64,000 nt of DNA from NCBI GenBank assembly GCA_010015805.1, contig ML978122.1:2266453-2330452 (forward strand), read 5' to 3'. This stretch comes from Rhizodiscina lignyota (Eukaryota). Positions 12,330-24,716 of this stretch are shown one piece after another (position 1 is the first letter of the stretch; each line of letters begins with the position of its first letter). The notes under the pieces were generated by a model, which made no database searches, was not told the DNA's origin, and saw nothing but the letters and a program-made list of their open reading frames with translations. The position numbers were made by a program, and so were the translations under genes.

Positions 12330-13902
12330 ATGGCGTTCCCAAAAGTCTTTCGTGGCAGAGCTTCGTTTGCAGCACTGGTTACTCTTCTTGCTGTGGCGAC
12401 TGCCTCTCCAGTTGCTTTACCGGCACAACCGCAAGATCCTCCAGGTCAAGGTCTCACCTGGCAAGTCCAAGGAAATAACCCAGGCGAAATTAATTGCGAG
12501 ACTGATCGCTCGTCTGACTGTGAGTTGTTTAGTCGACATTGCAGTCATTGACTCTACTAATGCACTTCCGCCTCTAGATTATGGCCTCGGAGTACGACTT
12601 GGAATCTACATGGCCTGGCTTACAGGCTGGATCGCCAACAATTGGGTCCCTGAAGAGATTGCTGGCGCCATGGACACGAATGCAATATTCCTCTTTGCAC
12701 TGGTTATTGCTGTGGTCCGATGCACAAGCACAGATTTGGTCTCTCAAATGGACGGTGTGATGCTCATGCATCTCGCTGGCGGAACGATATTTAGCGTTAT
12801 TAGTATCTGGGGATACCGGACCTGCTGGTACACGAAAGAGGGACCGAGAGGAATCGCCAACTTTGGCGGCTTCGGAACGCATTTGCGACTGTTGCTCTGC
12901 ATGGCGGTCAGCACCTACGGCCTGTGGTTCTGGTATTTCGGCATGGCGGGATCGCTTAAGAGTGGAACTGGTGCTTGCCAAGTGACGTGGACATTCTTCT
13001 TCGCTAAACTTCGAGCTGACGGTGGCATTCGAAAATGGTACATTTTCAAGTACGTCGTGTGCTTGATCTACTTCGGCATCATGACCGCAGTATCAATCAT
13101 CGGACCCATCTCCAGGATCATGAAGATGGCTTGGCTTGCGAGGTACAAGTTCTTCCGCACATCCTCGAGGTTGAAGTATGCCACCGGCTATACTTATGGC
13201 GAGTAAGTCTATCCTCCCTGCTTGACAGGATGTCGTCAAGCTAATTCATGAAGGCTGCGCGGGATTTTTGCTGTCCTTCGTTTCACAAACTTCTTCTGGA
13301 TCATCTTTTCTATGGTTACGTGCGAATTCACACTCAACTATAACCATGTCCAATCCGTCTTGGGAGAAAACGGTCGCATATTTTTCCCTTCTCAGCTCAT
13401 TCCACTGGTCATAGGCGCCAGTAGTTTGATCCGTGTGGTGTATATTGGTCTTGAGGAGTGGCGGGCTCCCGGAGACCATAGGCCATCACTTGAAGAGGCA
13501 CCCACCGAACCAAGGAGGCCGAATCCGTTACCAAGGAGAAGAGACCTCTTCAAACTCTTTGCACCCACGAGCGCCGACGAGAGAGCGTCAAGTCCTATTA
13601 CCGAAGACGGGGCGTTGTTACATTTCGAGAACAGTGACGTCGACGAGGAAATGATCGGGAAGCCACGGTGGTGCAGGTATCTCGTCTCTTACCTGCCATG
13701 GCTCCAGGCTGCTATCCAGTGGTGGAGGATTCGCAATGAGCCGGAGAATCCAACCGCAGACTCAAGACAACTTGAGCACGCCCACGAACCTCGTCTTCCT
13801 TCTGACCTTGAGAAGGCAACTGAAAGGCGCAGGGAGACGTGGAGTAGTGATGATACTCTCACTGCGGTCGATCGGCATAAGAGCTTGAACGATGTGTTAT
13901 GA
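12330..13902 (+). CDS. Hypothetical membrane protein with N-terminal signal peptide
   Basis: Signal-like N-terminus (FAALVTLLAVATASP), then DYGLGVRLGIY and several TM segments; introns about 12520-12577 and 13203-13252. Confidence 0.65.
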
Positions 13903-14378
13903 TCAACTCGATCGAGCAAAGCCGGACAGTGCTGGACTTCTGCACTTCTATTTGTGATACCCAATTTGTTTATCCAACGTTGTGAGCGCTCGACATGATT
14001 GATATTGTTCCGCAGCATATGCGACGGAGTAATGGGACACAAGAATTCTGTGATATTTCAATGGTTGAACTGTTAGCGATGCGTAATGCTTTATGACAGT
14101 TATGTGGAAAGTCTTTGAATAGTCAGGGCGGGGTGAGGGTGGCTTCTGTTGTGCTTGAATGTATGGCTGAGGAATAGTTTGAATGGAAGGAAAGGCTTTT
14201 TGAACTTGGTGAATTGTTCAATAAAACCTCGGATACTTCAACACGGGTGCTGTGCTTTGGATAAGTCTCCGCACGCGCCAGCCTTGGCACCAATCTAGTT
14301 CATCGCAACTTCGAAAGCTCTGTAGACATGAAATCTTCATCAATTGCACCAAACATGCCAGTGGAATACCTTTGTCGT

Positions 14379-15054
14379 ATGCTACGGCATACAACCCTCT
14401 CACCTACCTCATCGATCGTCTCTCGCCATGTTCTCTCCCATCCTCCTCCACGTATCCGACATTTCTCAAGCTCCCGACCCTCGAACGCGACCTTGATGCA
14501 AGTTCTACGCGGCTGCCGCAAACCGCAACCTGCGCGCAAGAAAGTCTCCCCCTCACTAGCCTACCGACCTGAGATGAAGGGTGTGTGCTTGAAGGTGGGC
14601 ACGACAAGACCTAAGAAGCCGAATTCTGGAGAGAGGAAGATTGCGAGGGTGCGATTGAGCAGTGGGAAAATCGTCACGGCGTATATTCCCGGAGAAGGTG
14701 CGTACAGGTCTCAAAACTACACAATCTGCTCGCGTACGGCGATTCTATAATTGTATAGACATACAATTTAGGGTATACTACGATTGAGTTGGGGAATGTA
14801 CTGATTTGGGGCATTGGCAGGGCACAACGTTCAACAACATTCAGTGGTTCTGGTTCGAGGAGGACGCGCACAGGATTGTCCAGGCGTGAAGTATCACTTA
14901 GTCAGAGGGGCAATGGATCTGGTAAGCCTGGATTGATGCCTGGAGCTGAAGTTCCAGGGGCGTTCAATTTGTAGCTGACCGGTCACAGGGCGCCGTCGCG
15001 AATCGAAGAACATCGAGGTCCAAATATGGCACGAAAAAGCCGAAGACATCATAA
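14379..15054 (+). CDS. MRPS12: Mitochondrial ribosomal protein S12
   Basis: Arg/Ser-rich presequence, [58 protein letters not shown]; two introns. Confidence 0.93.
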
Positions 15055-17043
15055 AATGCGTGATAATATTCCTTGGAGCTTCATTTCCCCGGGGTTCGAG
15101 AGCGGCGAAAGATACCGAATAGCAAGGATGGGTTTTTCGTCCATCAATACAGAGTGTGCACGCCAAAGATGTGCCTTGGTGAATGCTGTCCAGGCATATT
15201 CAATCAAGGCTTCAGAGATACTCTCGCTTATCCTGAAGTGAAATGGCTTATCACGTAGCGTCACTGTTGACGTCGTGGGCAACACGATGTCATCCTCGAG
15301 CCAGGCCAGAGATATTTGCCTACAACCTTGGACGCGACAGAGAATATCTGTTTGGCGATGACGGTTCCAGCGCTGTGCCACTGTTGTAATTACTGTTACA
15401 AAAATAGTACGAAACAATTATCTAAATGATGGGGGACAACTCAATCCCACGCTCGGTCTCCGCCTCGCTCCGAACCTTGATTCGAGATCTTCTGCTGAAG
15501 AATGTTGCGTAATGTCTGTCGTACCGACTCGTACCGATTATCGGATGTACATGTCTTACTTTAGTCTTTAATAGAAGTGGGTCGGTTTGAAGTCAACGTC
15601 GAAAAACTAGGTACGTCACTTCTCCCACTCCCACTCCATTTTCCTTGGCATTTATTAGGACTTTGCCTCAAACTAGATTTCACGACAACGGCAAGGTAAA
15701 AATTAAAAACAATTACTTCCTATAAGACTTTTAAAGGTAATTTATAATAGAACATTTTTTTAAATTAAGTTTTCAAAATTTTTTGTGAGTGTAATTCTAT
15801 AGGCTTTAGAAGATGAGGTATCATAGTGCGAAACGGATACCCGCGGTATCGACAATGGGGGCTATACATTAGGATCGAGACATCATCTTCTAGACTGGGT
15901 TGTTCGCTGGACCAAATTCCTCCGTATGACAGCCTATTCATATATTAAGAACAGACTCGTGATGGTGTCTCACAACGCTCTGACAGAGGCCGAGCCGAAT
16001 GCTGGCATACATAGCCATTATTGCACTCCTCTTGCAGAGAATACTGCATTCGATCTGTTGAAGAAGTTCTGACAACAGACAACTGTTTGCCGGCACGAGA
16101 ATAGAGTGAACAGCTTAGCTCATCATTCAACATGTGGGATCTGAAACCAGCCACCTTCTTTCTCACCAGACTACTTCCAAGAATCTGGTAGGTAATTAGC
16201 GGGGATGAATCGCGTCGAAGATGTCCGGTCGCCATCCCACAGTGTATCCGAGTAATCTCACACAACAGATAGTCACGACTCTTTCACATCCCACCACAAA
16301 GTGTTGCAAAGGAGCAGCTTCTAAGCTTCGTGGCTCGCCCCGGGGCGATTCTTGATCGAGGCAAGCTTTGCGCTCGTGTTCTTCATCTCCGGCGCCGTGT
16401 CCTACCCCAGGATTGGGCGATCTGCACTGCATTAGCACGCAGCTGCTAAAAATAAGCGCCACGCGAGATGGGACCTCATCCCTTCTTCCAATCGAACCTT
16501 TTTCCCTGCCCACATCTTCCACGAACCAGGAATTGCCGTCGACCGCCGGCATGCTCACAGCTGGCATGGCTGGGCAGAAGTCTTCCTGCCAGGGACACCG
16601 GCAACCGACCCGGGCGATTCCCAGAAGCTTGCCCTTTTCCCAGCGGAGAGGCAATATATTCTGTCGATCTAAGTTGCTTTCTACTGGCTAGAGAGTGCCG
16701 TAAGGGATACGAAGCGATCATAGCTGTAAGCTGAGTCGCTTTTTTCATTACAATCCTTATCCCGCGTGTCTGCGCTCTGCTGTGGAACTGCGGCTCTCCT
16801 TTTGTAGGGCTCTCGAGCGAAGCATGACGACGCTGTGAATTAGAGGGGCTCGTATTCACCACGTAGGGCATTAAATGATTAAACAGCAAAAGAGCATCAT
16901 AGCGCGGCGGAGACGAGACGGAACTGTATAAGAGGATGCGCCTTCCACGCCAAGCGAGCTTTTAGTTCTGTCTGCTAGAGTACATAATTCTCCGACATCT
17001 GTCTCTTTAGTCTACAAGTCATTCGCTATCGCAAATTCTCACG

Positions 17044-17470
17044 ATGATCTTCAACGTTGCTTTCGGTGCTGCTGCACTGCTCGTCAGGTAAAAATCTTCT
17101 CTCAAAGACGTTGCACAGGAATTAACATGTACATGCAGTGGCGCCCTTGCCGCAGAGAGCTGCGAGACATGCTACACCAAGACCGTTACCGCGACTGGTG
17201 TCTTCAAGTGTCCTGTTGAGCCGAGCTGCCCGCCTCTCGTCGCCGACTGCATCTTAGTGGAGACCACATACGTCCCGGATAAGGTCTGCCCTACAACTGC
17301 AACCGTCCCGCCATGCAAGACGACTTGCCAGACTGGCTGTGCTACATCCGTATGCATCTCCCCATTCTTTAAGTCGCTGAATAACGCTAACATGCTTCCG
17401 ACAGACTATGACCGTCGTCGACAGGACTGACAAGTGCGTTCCCACTGGCAAGCCGAGCGGCGGTTATTGA
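17044..17470 (+). CDS. Small secreted Cys/Thr-rich protein, paralog A (missed by ORF track)
   Basis: MIFNVAFGAAALLVS|GALAAESCETCYTKTVTATGVFKCPVEPSCPPLVADCILVETTYVPDKVCPTTATVPPCKTTCQTGCATS|TMTVVDRTDKCVPTGKPSGGY*; introns 17088-17138 and 17350-17404. Confidence 0.8.
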
Positions 17471-17663
17471 ACGAGTCAGTCAACTGGCACGGCTCGGAGT
17501 CGCCGTGGGCTTCGGAGTCCTAATTTCCGATGCCTTTCTCCTTATTTTAGTGTATATAATCGGTCAGGGAGCCCTCTCCTCCCTTAGCCCTCTCAATCCT
17601 TTAATTCACAAGCTTTCTAAGCCTTTTCGAGAATGCTCACTAATTTCAACGATTTAATGTGAG

Positions 17664-17971
17664 ATTCGTTCGATAGCGGTTGCTTCACCGCTACCATCAC
17701 GCCTCCCATTACTTGCCCCCTGGAACCAGTTTCTGCTACGTTGCACTGTTCCGAGGCCCCAGTTGGCCCAGTCTGCCCGGACATCAAGGACGTTACCGTC
17801 ACCCGCCCTCCACACAACCCCTAGTATGCAGCATTCCTTCTCCACTGTTCCCCCAACATGCTAACAGAAGCACTCAGCTGCCCGAATACCCCGACTGTTA
17901 CCGCCAAGGCAACTTGCCCCAACGACTGCGGTTGCCCTGCCATTCCTACCATTACGGTGACTGCCAAATAA
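17664..17971 (+). CDS. Orphan Cys/Thr-rich exon pair, probable alternative 3' end of paralog A
   Basis: SGCFTATITPPITCP...VTVTRPPHNPY|CPNTPTVTAKATCPNDCGCPAIPTITVTAK*; own intron about 17824-17877; no in-frame start; homologous to the second module of paralog C. Confidence 0.6.
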
Positions 17972-18441
17972 GTGAGGGACATCGAAAGGATCTAGACTGA
18001 ATATGGGAGCACGAGCCACTTTCTCTTTCGTACTTTTGAGGACTTTTAGGGACCATATAAAAGAATGATGAAGAAAATGTACAAGTAGTTGCATTAGCTA
18101 GGCGCTTTTTCTTTCTTTGCAAACTTTTCCCGGAGTGTATTGATACCCTGAAATGATCAGTCGCTTCTATACGAGTCTGTGCGACGGGAGCGTGCTGTTC
18201 TTCGACCTGCCGTATCCTGAACATAAATTCCCTTGGATCTTGTTACACATCATACGAAGTGGAAGACGTGCCTTTTACCTACTTGGGAGAATCAGCTTAT
18301 ACCTTCAGGCCTGGTGCCAACAATGCTCGCCACGGTATAAAGAGCTTGTGGATGCCAGAGCCCGAAATGCAGTCTCATAGATAACTCGACGACTTTCTGC
18401 TCAAGTCATCCTCATTCGGAGTGGTTACAAGCGCAATCAAT

Positions 18442-18793
18442 ATGCTCCTCCCTCAGATTTTCATTGCAGCGACGGCGCTATTTTCGAGGTAGCACAACCC
18501 TCCCTCTGTTTGGATACAGCTAACATTGACACAGCGTACTCGCTGACTGCTCAACCTGCCACGTCCAAACAGTTACCGACACACGTGTGCACCCGTGCCC
18601 GCGTGTAAGATGTGGCTGTATCGTGGAGTCTGATTGCGAAAGAGTTATCACGTCGTACGTTCCGAGCAGTGTGTGCTCAACAACGACCATCGCGTCTCCA
18701 TGCCCCGGCTGTCAATGTGGCTGCAAACAAAGCACTACGACGATAACAGTGGACGATATATGCGTGCCAACTCCAGATCCAACAGGCGACTAG
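18442..18793 (+). CDS. Small secreted Cys/Thr-rich protein, paralog B
   Basis: MLLPQIFIAATALFSS|VLADCSTCHVQTVT...YVPSSVCSTTTIASPCPGCQCGCKQSTTTITVDDICVPTPDPTGD*; phase-2 intron 18489-18534, same position as in A and C. Confidence 0.8.
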
Positions 18794-19598
18794 CACGATT
18801 CCGTCGGTTGATGATCAGTATCGAGCAATATGAGATTACGAATGAGCTACAATTGGTGGTTGATATGAAAATGGAAGACAGATGCAGAGTTCGAGGTGCT
18901 TAGTCTTGGGGATACATATAGTTTGATAGATTCTGGAGACAGTTACAGAACGGATTTTAACTTGTGCTCCATAACTAGTTATATTGTCATTCTGATTGAA
19001 AGAGTCTAATGGTACTAGATGGTGACATTTCGCGGGTTGGTGGAAGCCATACAAGTGGACTCTGCGTATGCTCGAGCTTATCCTCCACATCCCTTTTTCT
19101 TCTTCAAAATTACTTGATGTTCGACTTGTAAAAATTTGCTTGCATTGACTATTCAAATGAAATTTCCTAATTAGGACCAAGTATTCCCTTACTGACATCA
19201 ATCTCGGCTCTTCGGGTGGCGCTCCTACTGTCTGCCCTACAAACACGAGACCACGTTACGCAACAAACGAAGATGTTCGCCTGTCGAGACACTTAGGCGC
19301 ATGTTCTGGAGCGGGCTTCGTAAAGCTCGTAATGTGGGGTAGCACTGAACACGGGAAGCTGAACGTCACCCCCTAAATAGCAAGAATGGCGTTGAGCTGC
19401 TGTGATTGGCGTGAACACCTCATCGAATGGCCAGCGCAATCTCCTGCATAAGGTTATTTTAGCACCAGCTGATCTGCTGTGAAGAAAATTGCTTAAATGT
19501 GAGTCAAGCCATACGGATCCCACGGCCTCTCACTTTAAGTCAAAACCCGTTCTGCAATTTGGCTACACAAAGAACTGTGCGGCTACCAAACGTTGAAC

Positions 19599-20416
19599 AT
19601 GCTTTCTCTCAAGTTCTTCGTCGTTGCTCTGACGCTCTTCTTGAGGTAAGAATCACTATCTTACTTGTCAATGCAAAGAGTAGATTTCGAGGCTGTGATT
19701 CTAGTTGAACGCGATCTAAAGCACTTTTCATTGAGTTTTCAAAGTGCTCCTTCTCTCTCGAAGCACAACTCTGGACTACGAGAAGCGTTCCACTTGTCTT
19801 TGCGCTCAACTACTTCGTCGACCTAGAGAATGAATTTGACGCTTTGACTGACTCTACACAGCGTCTTCGTCGAGGGGTACGGATATGGCGGTCCCAACTG
19901 TTCTACCTGTCAGCCCGTAACTGTTACGAGTCCTATACTCTTCTGCCCGGCCGAGAAATGCACTGGTCCGATTGCGCAATGCATCTTGCTGAAAAGCACC
20001 ATTGTCCCCAGCGCAACTTGTAGCTATTCCACAGTTACGGTCCCAGGCACGTGCCCGGGCTGCCAGCACGGCTGCCGCACAGAGGTCAGCAGCGCCGTAT
20101 TGAATAACGGGTTCATGCTAACCAGGCGCAGACCAGGACCATCAGCACGACAGGCTGCGTCCCACCTTCGCCAACTACGCCGTGTTTCGTCGCCACGACT
20201 ACGCTGGATGAAATCCTTCACTGCCCGTTCATCCCAGCGCCGACCACATCGTGTCCATCTCCTTGCTCAGTCACGAGGACGGTCACCCGACCAACGCCAA
20301 ATGTTTACTGCCCGGACACTTATACCGTCACGATCACCCCAACCTGTCCCACGGATGGGTGCTCGGCGCTGTGTCCCACGGTGACGACGACCGTGACACA
20401 GCTTGGCCAGTCTTGA
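19599..20416 (+). CDS. Secreted Cys/Thr-rich protein, paralog C (two modules)
   Basis: MLSLKFFVVALTLFLS|VFVEG..CSTCQPVTVT..CILLKSTIVPSATC..TCPGCQHGCRTE|TRTISTTGCVPP..PCFVATTT..VTRPTPNVYCPDT..CPTDGC..CPTVTTTVT; introns about 19646-19861 and 20084-20131. Confidence 0.78.
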
Positions 20417-20706
20417 AGTGCGATGCTACGAGGCAGGTGAAGAGCATCGTATGTAGTTTTGAGGAATGCCCTCGAAAATAACAATCTTGTCTGAGCTCGG
20501 ATTTCGAATGCCATAGCTAGTCTCGACGATTAAGGTAGAAATCCTGATCAAAGAACATCGAATGCGATCATTGGTGCTGCATGTCTTCGGAGCGTGTAAA
20601 AGCATTTGGGCATATGCTTTTAGCGATGGCCTTATTTGCTATGAAGAGCAGAACTCGTTGCTCGCACTAGCGTACAGCTATCATCGAGGACTTCTTAGCG
20701 GACTTC

Positions 20707-21798
20707 TCAAAATATCTTGCTCAGAACCCTCTTGACCTCCTCGGGCTGTTCTACGCGTTTTTCTTTTGCCTTCTTCAATTTGACCTCGCTCTGCCTGAAA
20801 TGCCTCTTGAATTCTTTGCCTTTCTTTTTGACGGGCTCATCCTCACCATCGACCTCGTGCTCGGGCTGTGCCTCTTCAATGCCATTCTCCACATCACCCC
20901 TTCCTTCTCTCTCCTTCCTCTTTGCCTCCATTCCCTCTAACATCTTCGCCCTCTCGACATTCTCCACGAACATTTTCTGCTCCATCGTACTCTGCGCCAC
21001 GCCTGCCATGACCTTCGCTGCACGCTCCGCGTTTTCATTCTTCCGCTCTTCCTGTAGCTCGCGCCACTTCTTGCCCTTCAAGTATTTCAAATTCCATACA
21101 TCGTCATGATACCAACCGCCTTTCTTGCCCCCAATGATTTGCCCATTCAGCATCTCGACGACCATCTTGGCATCTCGCTTGCGTATGAACTCCACCCACC
21201 CGTCTGTGAAGTTGCGCTTGCGATTGCCCCCCGACTTGAGGCGGGATGAGCGCGCCGTGGAGTCTTCGGGTTGAAGGAAGATGCGATTTATGGCACCGTA
21301 AGGAGAGAGGAGGGTTCGGATCGTGGAGGGCTTCATGAACGGTGGGACGCGGGAGATGTAGACTACGCCAGACTTCTTCTCTTCTTTGGCTGTGAGGCCA
21401 GCATGTTTCTTAGGTAGTGCGATTGGATCTTCTGACGGGAGCGGTGGGAGGCCAAATTCAGCGTCGTCTTCAGGGATCTTCGATTGCGCGGATTGTGTGG
21501 CTTCAGAAGGTAGAGGTGGAAGACCGTATTCCGCATCGTCGTAGATCTCGTCACCAGATTCGTCCGCATCGTCTAGCACTTTGGACAGAGCAGCGCCGCC
21601 AATTAAAGCCTTGCGATGTTGGTCTTCAGAGACTCCTTCGCTTTCGTCTTCAGAATCACTGTTAACTTCCCTTCTCTTCGAAGCTCTGCTTCCTACGGCT
21701 CGTCCTCTGCTGTCTTCCAGCGCGTCTGAGTCGTATCCGGCATCATCATCATCACTTGCCTCGGCTTCTAGCCATTCGTTTCGTTTTCGTGTCGCCAT
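20707..21798 (-). CDS. ESF2: Pre-rRNA-processing protein Esf2/ABT1
   Basis: SGVVYISRVPPFMKP, FTDGWVEF, LNGQIIGGKKGGWYHDDVWNLKYLKG; acidic N-terminus; ends VLSKIF. Confidence 0.93.
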   Translation of the reverse strand: MATRKRNEWLEAEASDDDDAGYDSDALEDSRGRAVGSRASKRREVNSDSEDESEGVSEDQHRKALIGGAALSKVLDDADESGDEIYDDAEYGLPPLPSEATQSAQSKIPEDDAEFGLPPLPSEDPIALPKKHAGLTAKEEKKSGVVYISRVPPFMKPSTIRTLLSPYGAINRIFLQPEDSTARSSRLKSGGNRKRNFTDGWVEFIRKRDAKMVVEMLNGQIIGGKKGGWYHDDVWNLKYLKGKKWRELQEERKNENAERAAKVMAGVAQSTMEQKMFVENVERAKMLEGMEAKRKEREGRGDVENGIEEAQPEHEVDGEDEPVKKKGKEFKRHFRQSEVKLKKAKEKRVEQPEEVKRVLSKIF

Positions 21799-22418
21799 GC
21801 TCTTTTAACGTGGCCGAGTGGGATGACGCCAGTGGTGATAAATTTGGCGTAGAAATTGTTCTGCGCGAGTCATGTCGAGATTTCCGAGCACGCTAGTCTG
21901 CCCTCAGCGTCGGTGTTTTATTCAAGGCTTGGCATTCTCTTTCGTCTCATCCCTTATCGAAGACGACCTTCAAAATCCTCAAAATTGACCCTACCTTGAA
22001 TGCATCCAACGACGCCTTTGAGCTTTGTAGGAGTAGGGTAGCTTCTCAACATGACCGTGTCATTTCCAATTTCAAAGTGCCTTGTTTCGAAAATAGCTGC
22101 TGTATGGCATATCGATCTTCCATTTCGAGCATCTTGAACAGTAAAATAGCCATAGACACCACATTTGAGCATAACCCGACCAAGACCCATTTCCTCCTCT
22201 AAGCCCGAGCTTACGGCCATTCAGCTTGAGCTGTGCCCAAGCTGCCCTGAGCTGTGGCGGTGCTGGTCTAAGTTCCCTCTACTAAGTCTAAGCTTACTCC
22301 AAGTAAGTTTAAGTTTAAGTACTAACTATATTCTCACCGCCACCGTCTATAGCGTTCGCAAGTGTGTGCAGCATCATTATTACCCTATCGAGCAGCTCCC
22401 GAAGACGACAAGGACGTA

Positions 22419-24040
22419 TCATATCGAGAGCCCGAGGAGCTGTATCAACCATACCAGCACATACAAGATCAATTGCGTCCGCCTTTCTCCGGTCGATAGC
22501 TCCTCCCGCGTAACCCTCTGCGCATTTGCCAAAATCGAATTCTCTTCCTTCCCTATCTGGCGTTTCAGCTCTTCGTTCTTCGTCACGATCATCACGTCTT
22601 GCTCTAGATCCAGCCTCGATGATCGCTCGCCGTAGTTGTAGGACCCGATTATCGTTATGGAAGGATCGTCTTCCTCGGGCTCAGTGATCCAGAGGCCTTT
22701 TGCATGGTACGTCCATCCACCGGGCTTATCGCCTCGTCCTCTGGACCACTCAAGGAGCTGGACTTGCTGCTGGCGGCCATTATCTTCCACGCTCTTTAGG
22801 AAACGACGGGCTTGTGGTGTGAATGCTGCAGGGATATATCCAGTCAGACCTGCAGTCCCATAAAACGAGGTCGCTTCTGGCGCGCCCGTGACCATCTGGC
22901 CTTGACTAGCAGGTGTGGAGAGCAATGCAACACTCATGGAAGGAGTTGGATTGAAGTATGGGGTCGACAGTGTCCACCGTACACCTTCAAACAGCTTGCT
23001 CCCCATAGCCGATAAAACGATGCCGATAGTACGCTGCTCAGTCGACACATCTGGACCAAGGAGGGGGGCGAACTGGGCGAGAGGGTACACGATTGTGTCA
23101 GTCCCGCTAATTTCATCCGAGCAAGCTCGCTTCTCGTTCAAGTCCCTGCGGATGAGAGGGGAAAGCACCTTTCGCGCAATTTTCATAAAATCCCTCGCAT
23201 CTTCCAGAGGACTCGTGCAGTGGTTTGTGGTTGGCCATTGCAGCGCGTATGTGTGTTCAGCCGAAGAGTCTGGAGTTAATAAGAGGCTGAACCCGCACAA
23301 GGCCTTGTGGATACTTTCCAGGTAATCTGTCACCTCTCGGGATGCGAGGTGGTAATATCGGTCCTGCGGTCCGTGAAGTACTCATGAGACAGGTTTGCGC
23401 TTAATGGATATTAGGTGTCGATTACCTTTTCTTCGAAATTGTGCACAACTTACCCGGAAACAATCACTTCGTCGTCGACTCCGTAAATCTTCGTATGTTG
23501 CAAGCCGAATCCTTCATTCATTCGTTGAGGGACAATCCATTTCCAGACGCCTCTCAGATTCGGCGTACGATAAAGCCTCACTTCCACCCTCTTAAGTCCG
23601 AATTCCTCTGCTAATGGAACTAGCATCGCGGCGGGGTTCTTGTCCTTTGTGTCCCCCCCTATTTCCGCAAAGAACTCCCCACCGTCTTGATGGCGCAGAT
23701 GGTCCGATCGAGTACCGCGTAAAGCATCCATGAGGATTGAGATCTTCAGGTTCGGGTTGGCGAGGAGGGATTCGCGGATTGCGGCTCTCTATACCCCAGT
23801 CAATGTGCGGATACACTCACAGAGTCTGACCTCGACCGAACGGATTATTACCAATTCAAACGCGTCCTTCGAAATGTACATGCTGGAAAGAAATATCCGG
23901 GTCTTGGCCCCTCGGATCATCGTCACGAGCTTGTTGTAGAAGTCTTGTGGGGTGCCGATGGCATCGATTTGTTCTCCATTCAGATCAAAACGCGGTAGGA
24001 ATGCGTCCAACTTATCTGTTAGGGCACTGCTATTCATCAT
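22419..24040 (-). pseudogene. PGS1-like phosphatidylglycerophosphate synthase (PLD superfamily) with a 1-nt frameshift (pseudogene or assembly error)
   Basis: PQDFY..RIFLSSMYI, MDALRGTR, GLQHTKIYGVDDEVIVSG|ANLSHEYFTDR, YHAKGLW, IIGSYNYGERS..LDLE. Expected DR-QDRYY reads GAC CG CAG GAC near 23367, one base short. Confidence 0.75.
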
Positions 24041-24716
24041 CTTTGCGATTGTTATTTGCAATAATGATCTCGTGGAGCTGCTCAAGGGATTGATTGAGGG
24101 ACCACAGGGGGTTGAATCTGCTTTGGTTGTCTGCTTTCTCTCTTATACGCATTGCCTATCTTTTCTCTTTAATACTTTCCTTGCATAGCGCTGAATGTCC
24201 TGTCAACTCGCCCAATTTTTCTAAAATTGGCTCCCGTGCGCGGCTAAACTACGCAGCTACCATTAGGTAGTCTTACCAATCCATATCGGTACATCGACAC
24301 ATGAAGGTGAGTGTGGCGCCATTAGGCAGGCTAGCTATACACAGTTTAATGCTACTCTAGAGCGTTCGACCCTTTGGCAGTCGTATCATAGCTTGTTGGG
24401 CTTATGATAAGCTTAGAATGCGCCACATTTGCGAAAGGCTGCAGAAGATGCACGTACTCTATGGACTCCTCCGACATTGGCGCTGTCTATCTCAACGACT
24501 AGCAGCAACGGATAATGTGAAATGGGCAAAGAACATTCCACACTTTTGGAACGCTGCTGGCTTCACCACTGCAACCTCTCTCTATTCTCGGCGAAAGGAT
24601 AAGACGCAATTCGAGTCTCTTTGTCACGCACACAAAATGCAGGATCCAAGCAAGTTTACATACTTAATAGGATAAGAAAACAAAACAGAAAACTACATGA
24701 TCGTAGGGGTGTCCTC

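Noticed and set aside
15690..15810. Short AT-rich tract as a transposon relic
   Set aside because: RIP-like composition but too short to assign; no terminal repeats or coding motifs seen.
21430..21545. Duplicated DDAE(Y/F)GLPPLPSE in ESF2
   Set aside because: Small internal duplication in a low-complexity N-terminal region; unlikely to be significant.
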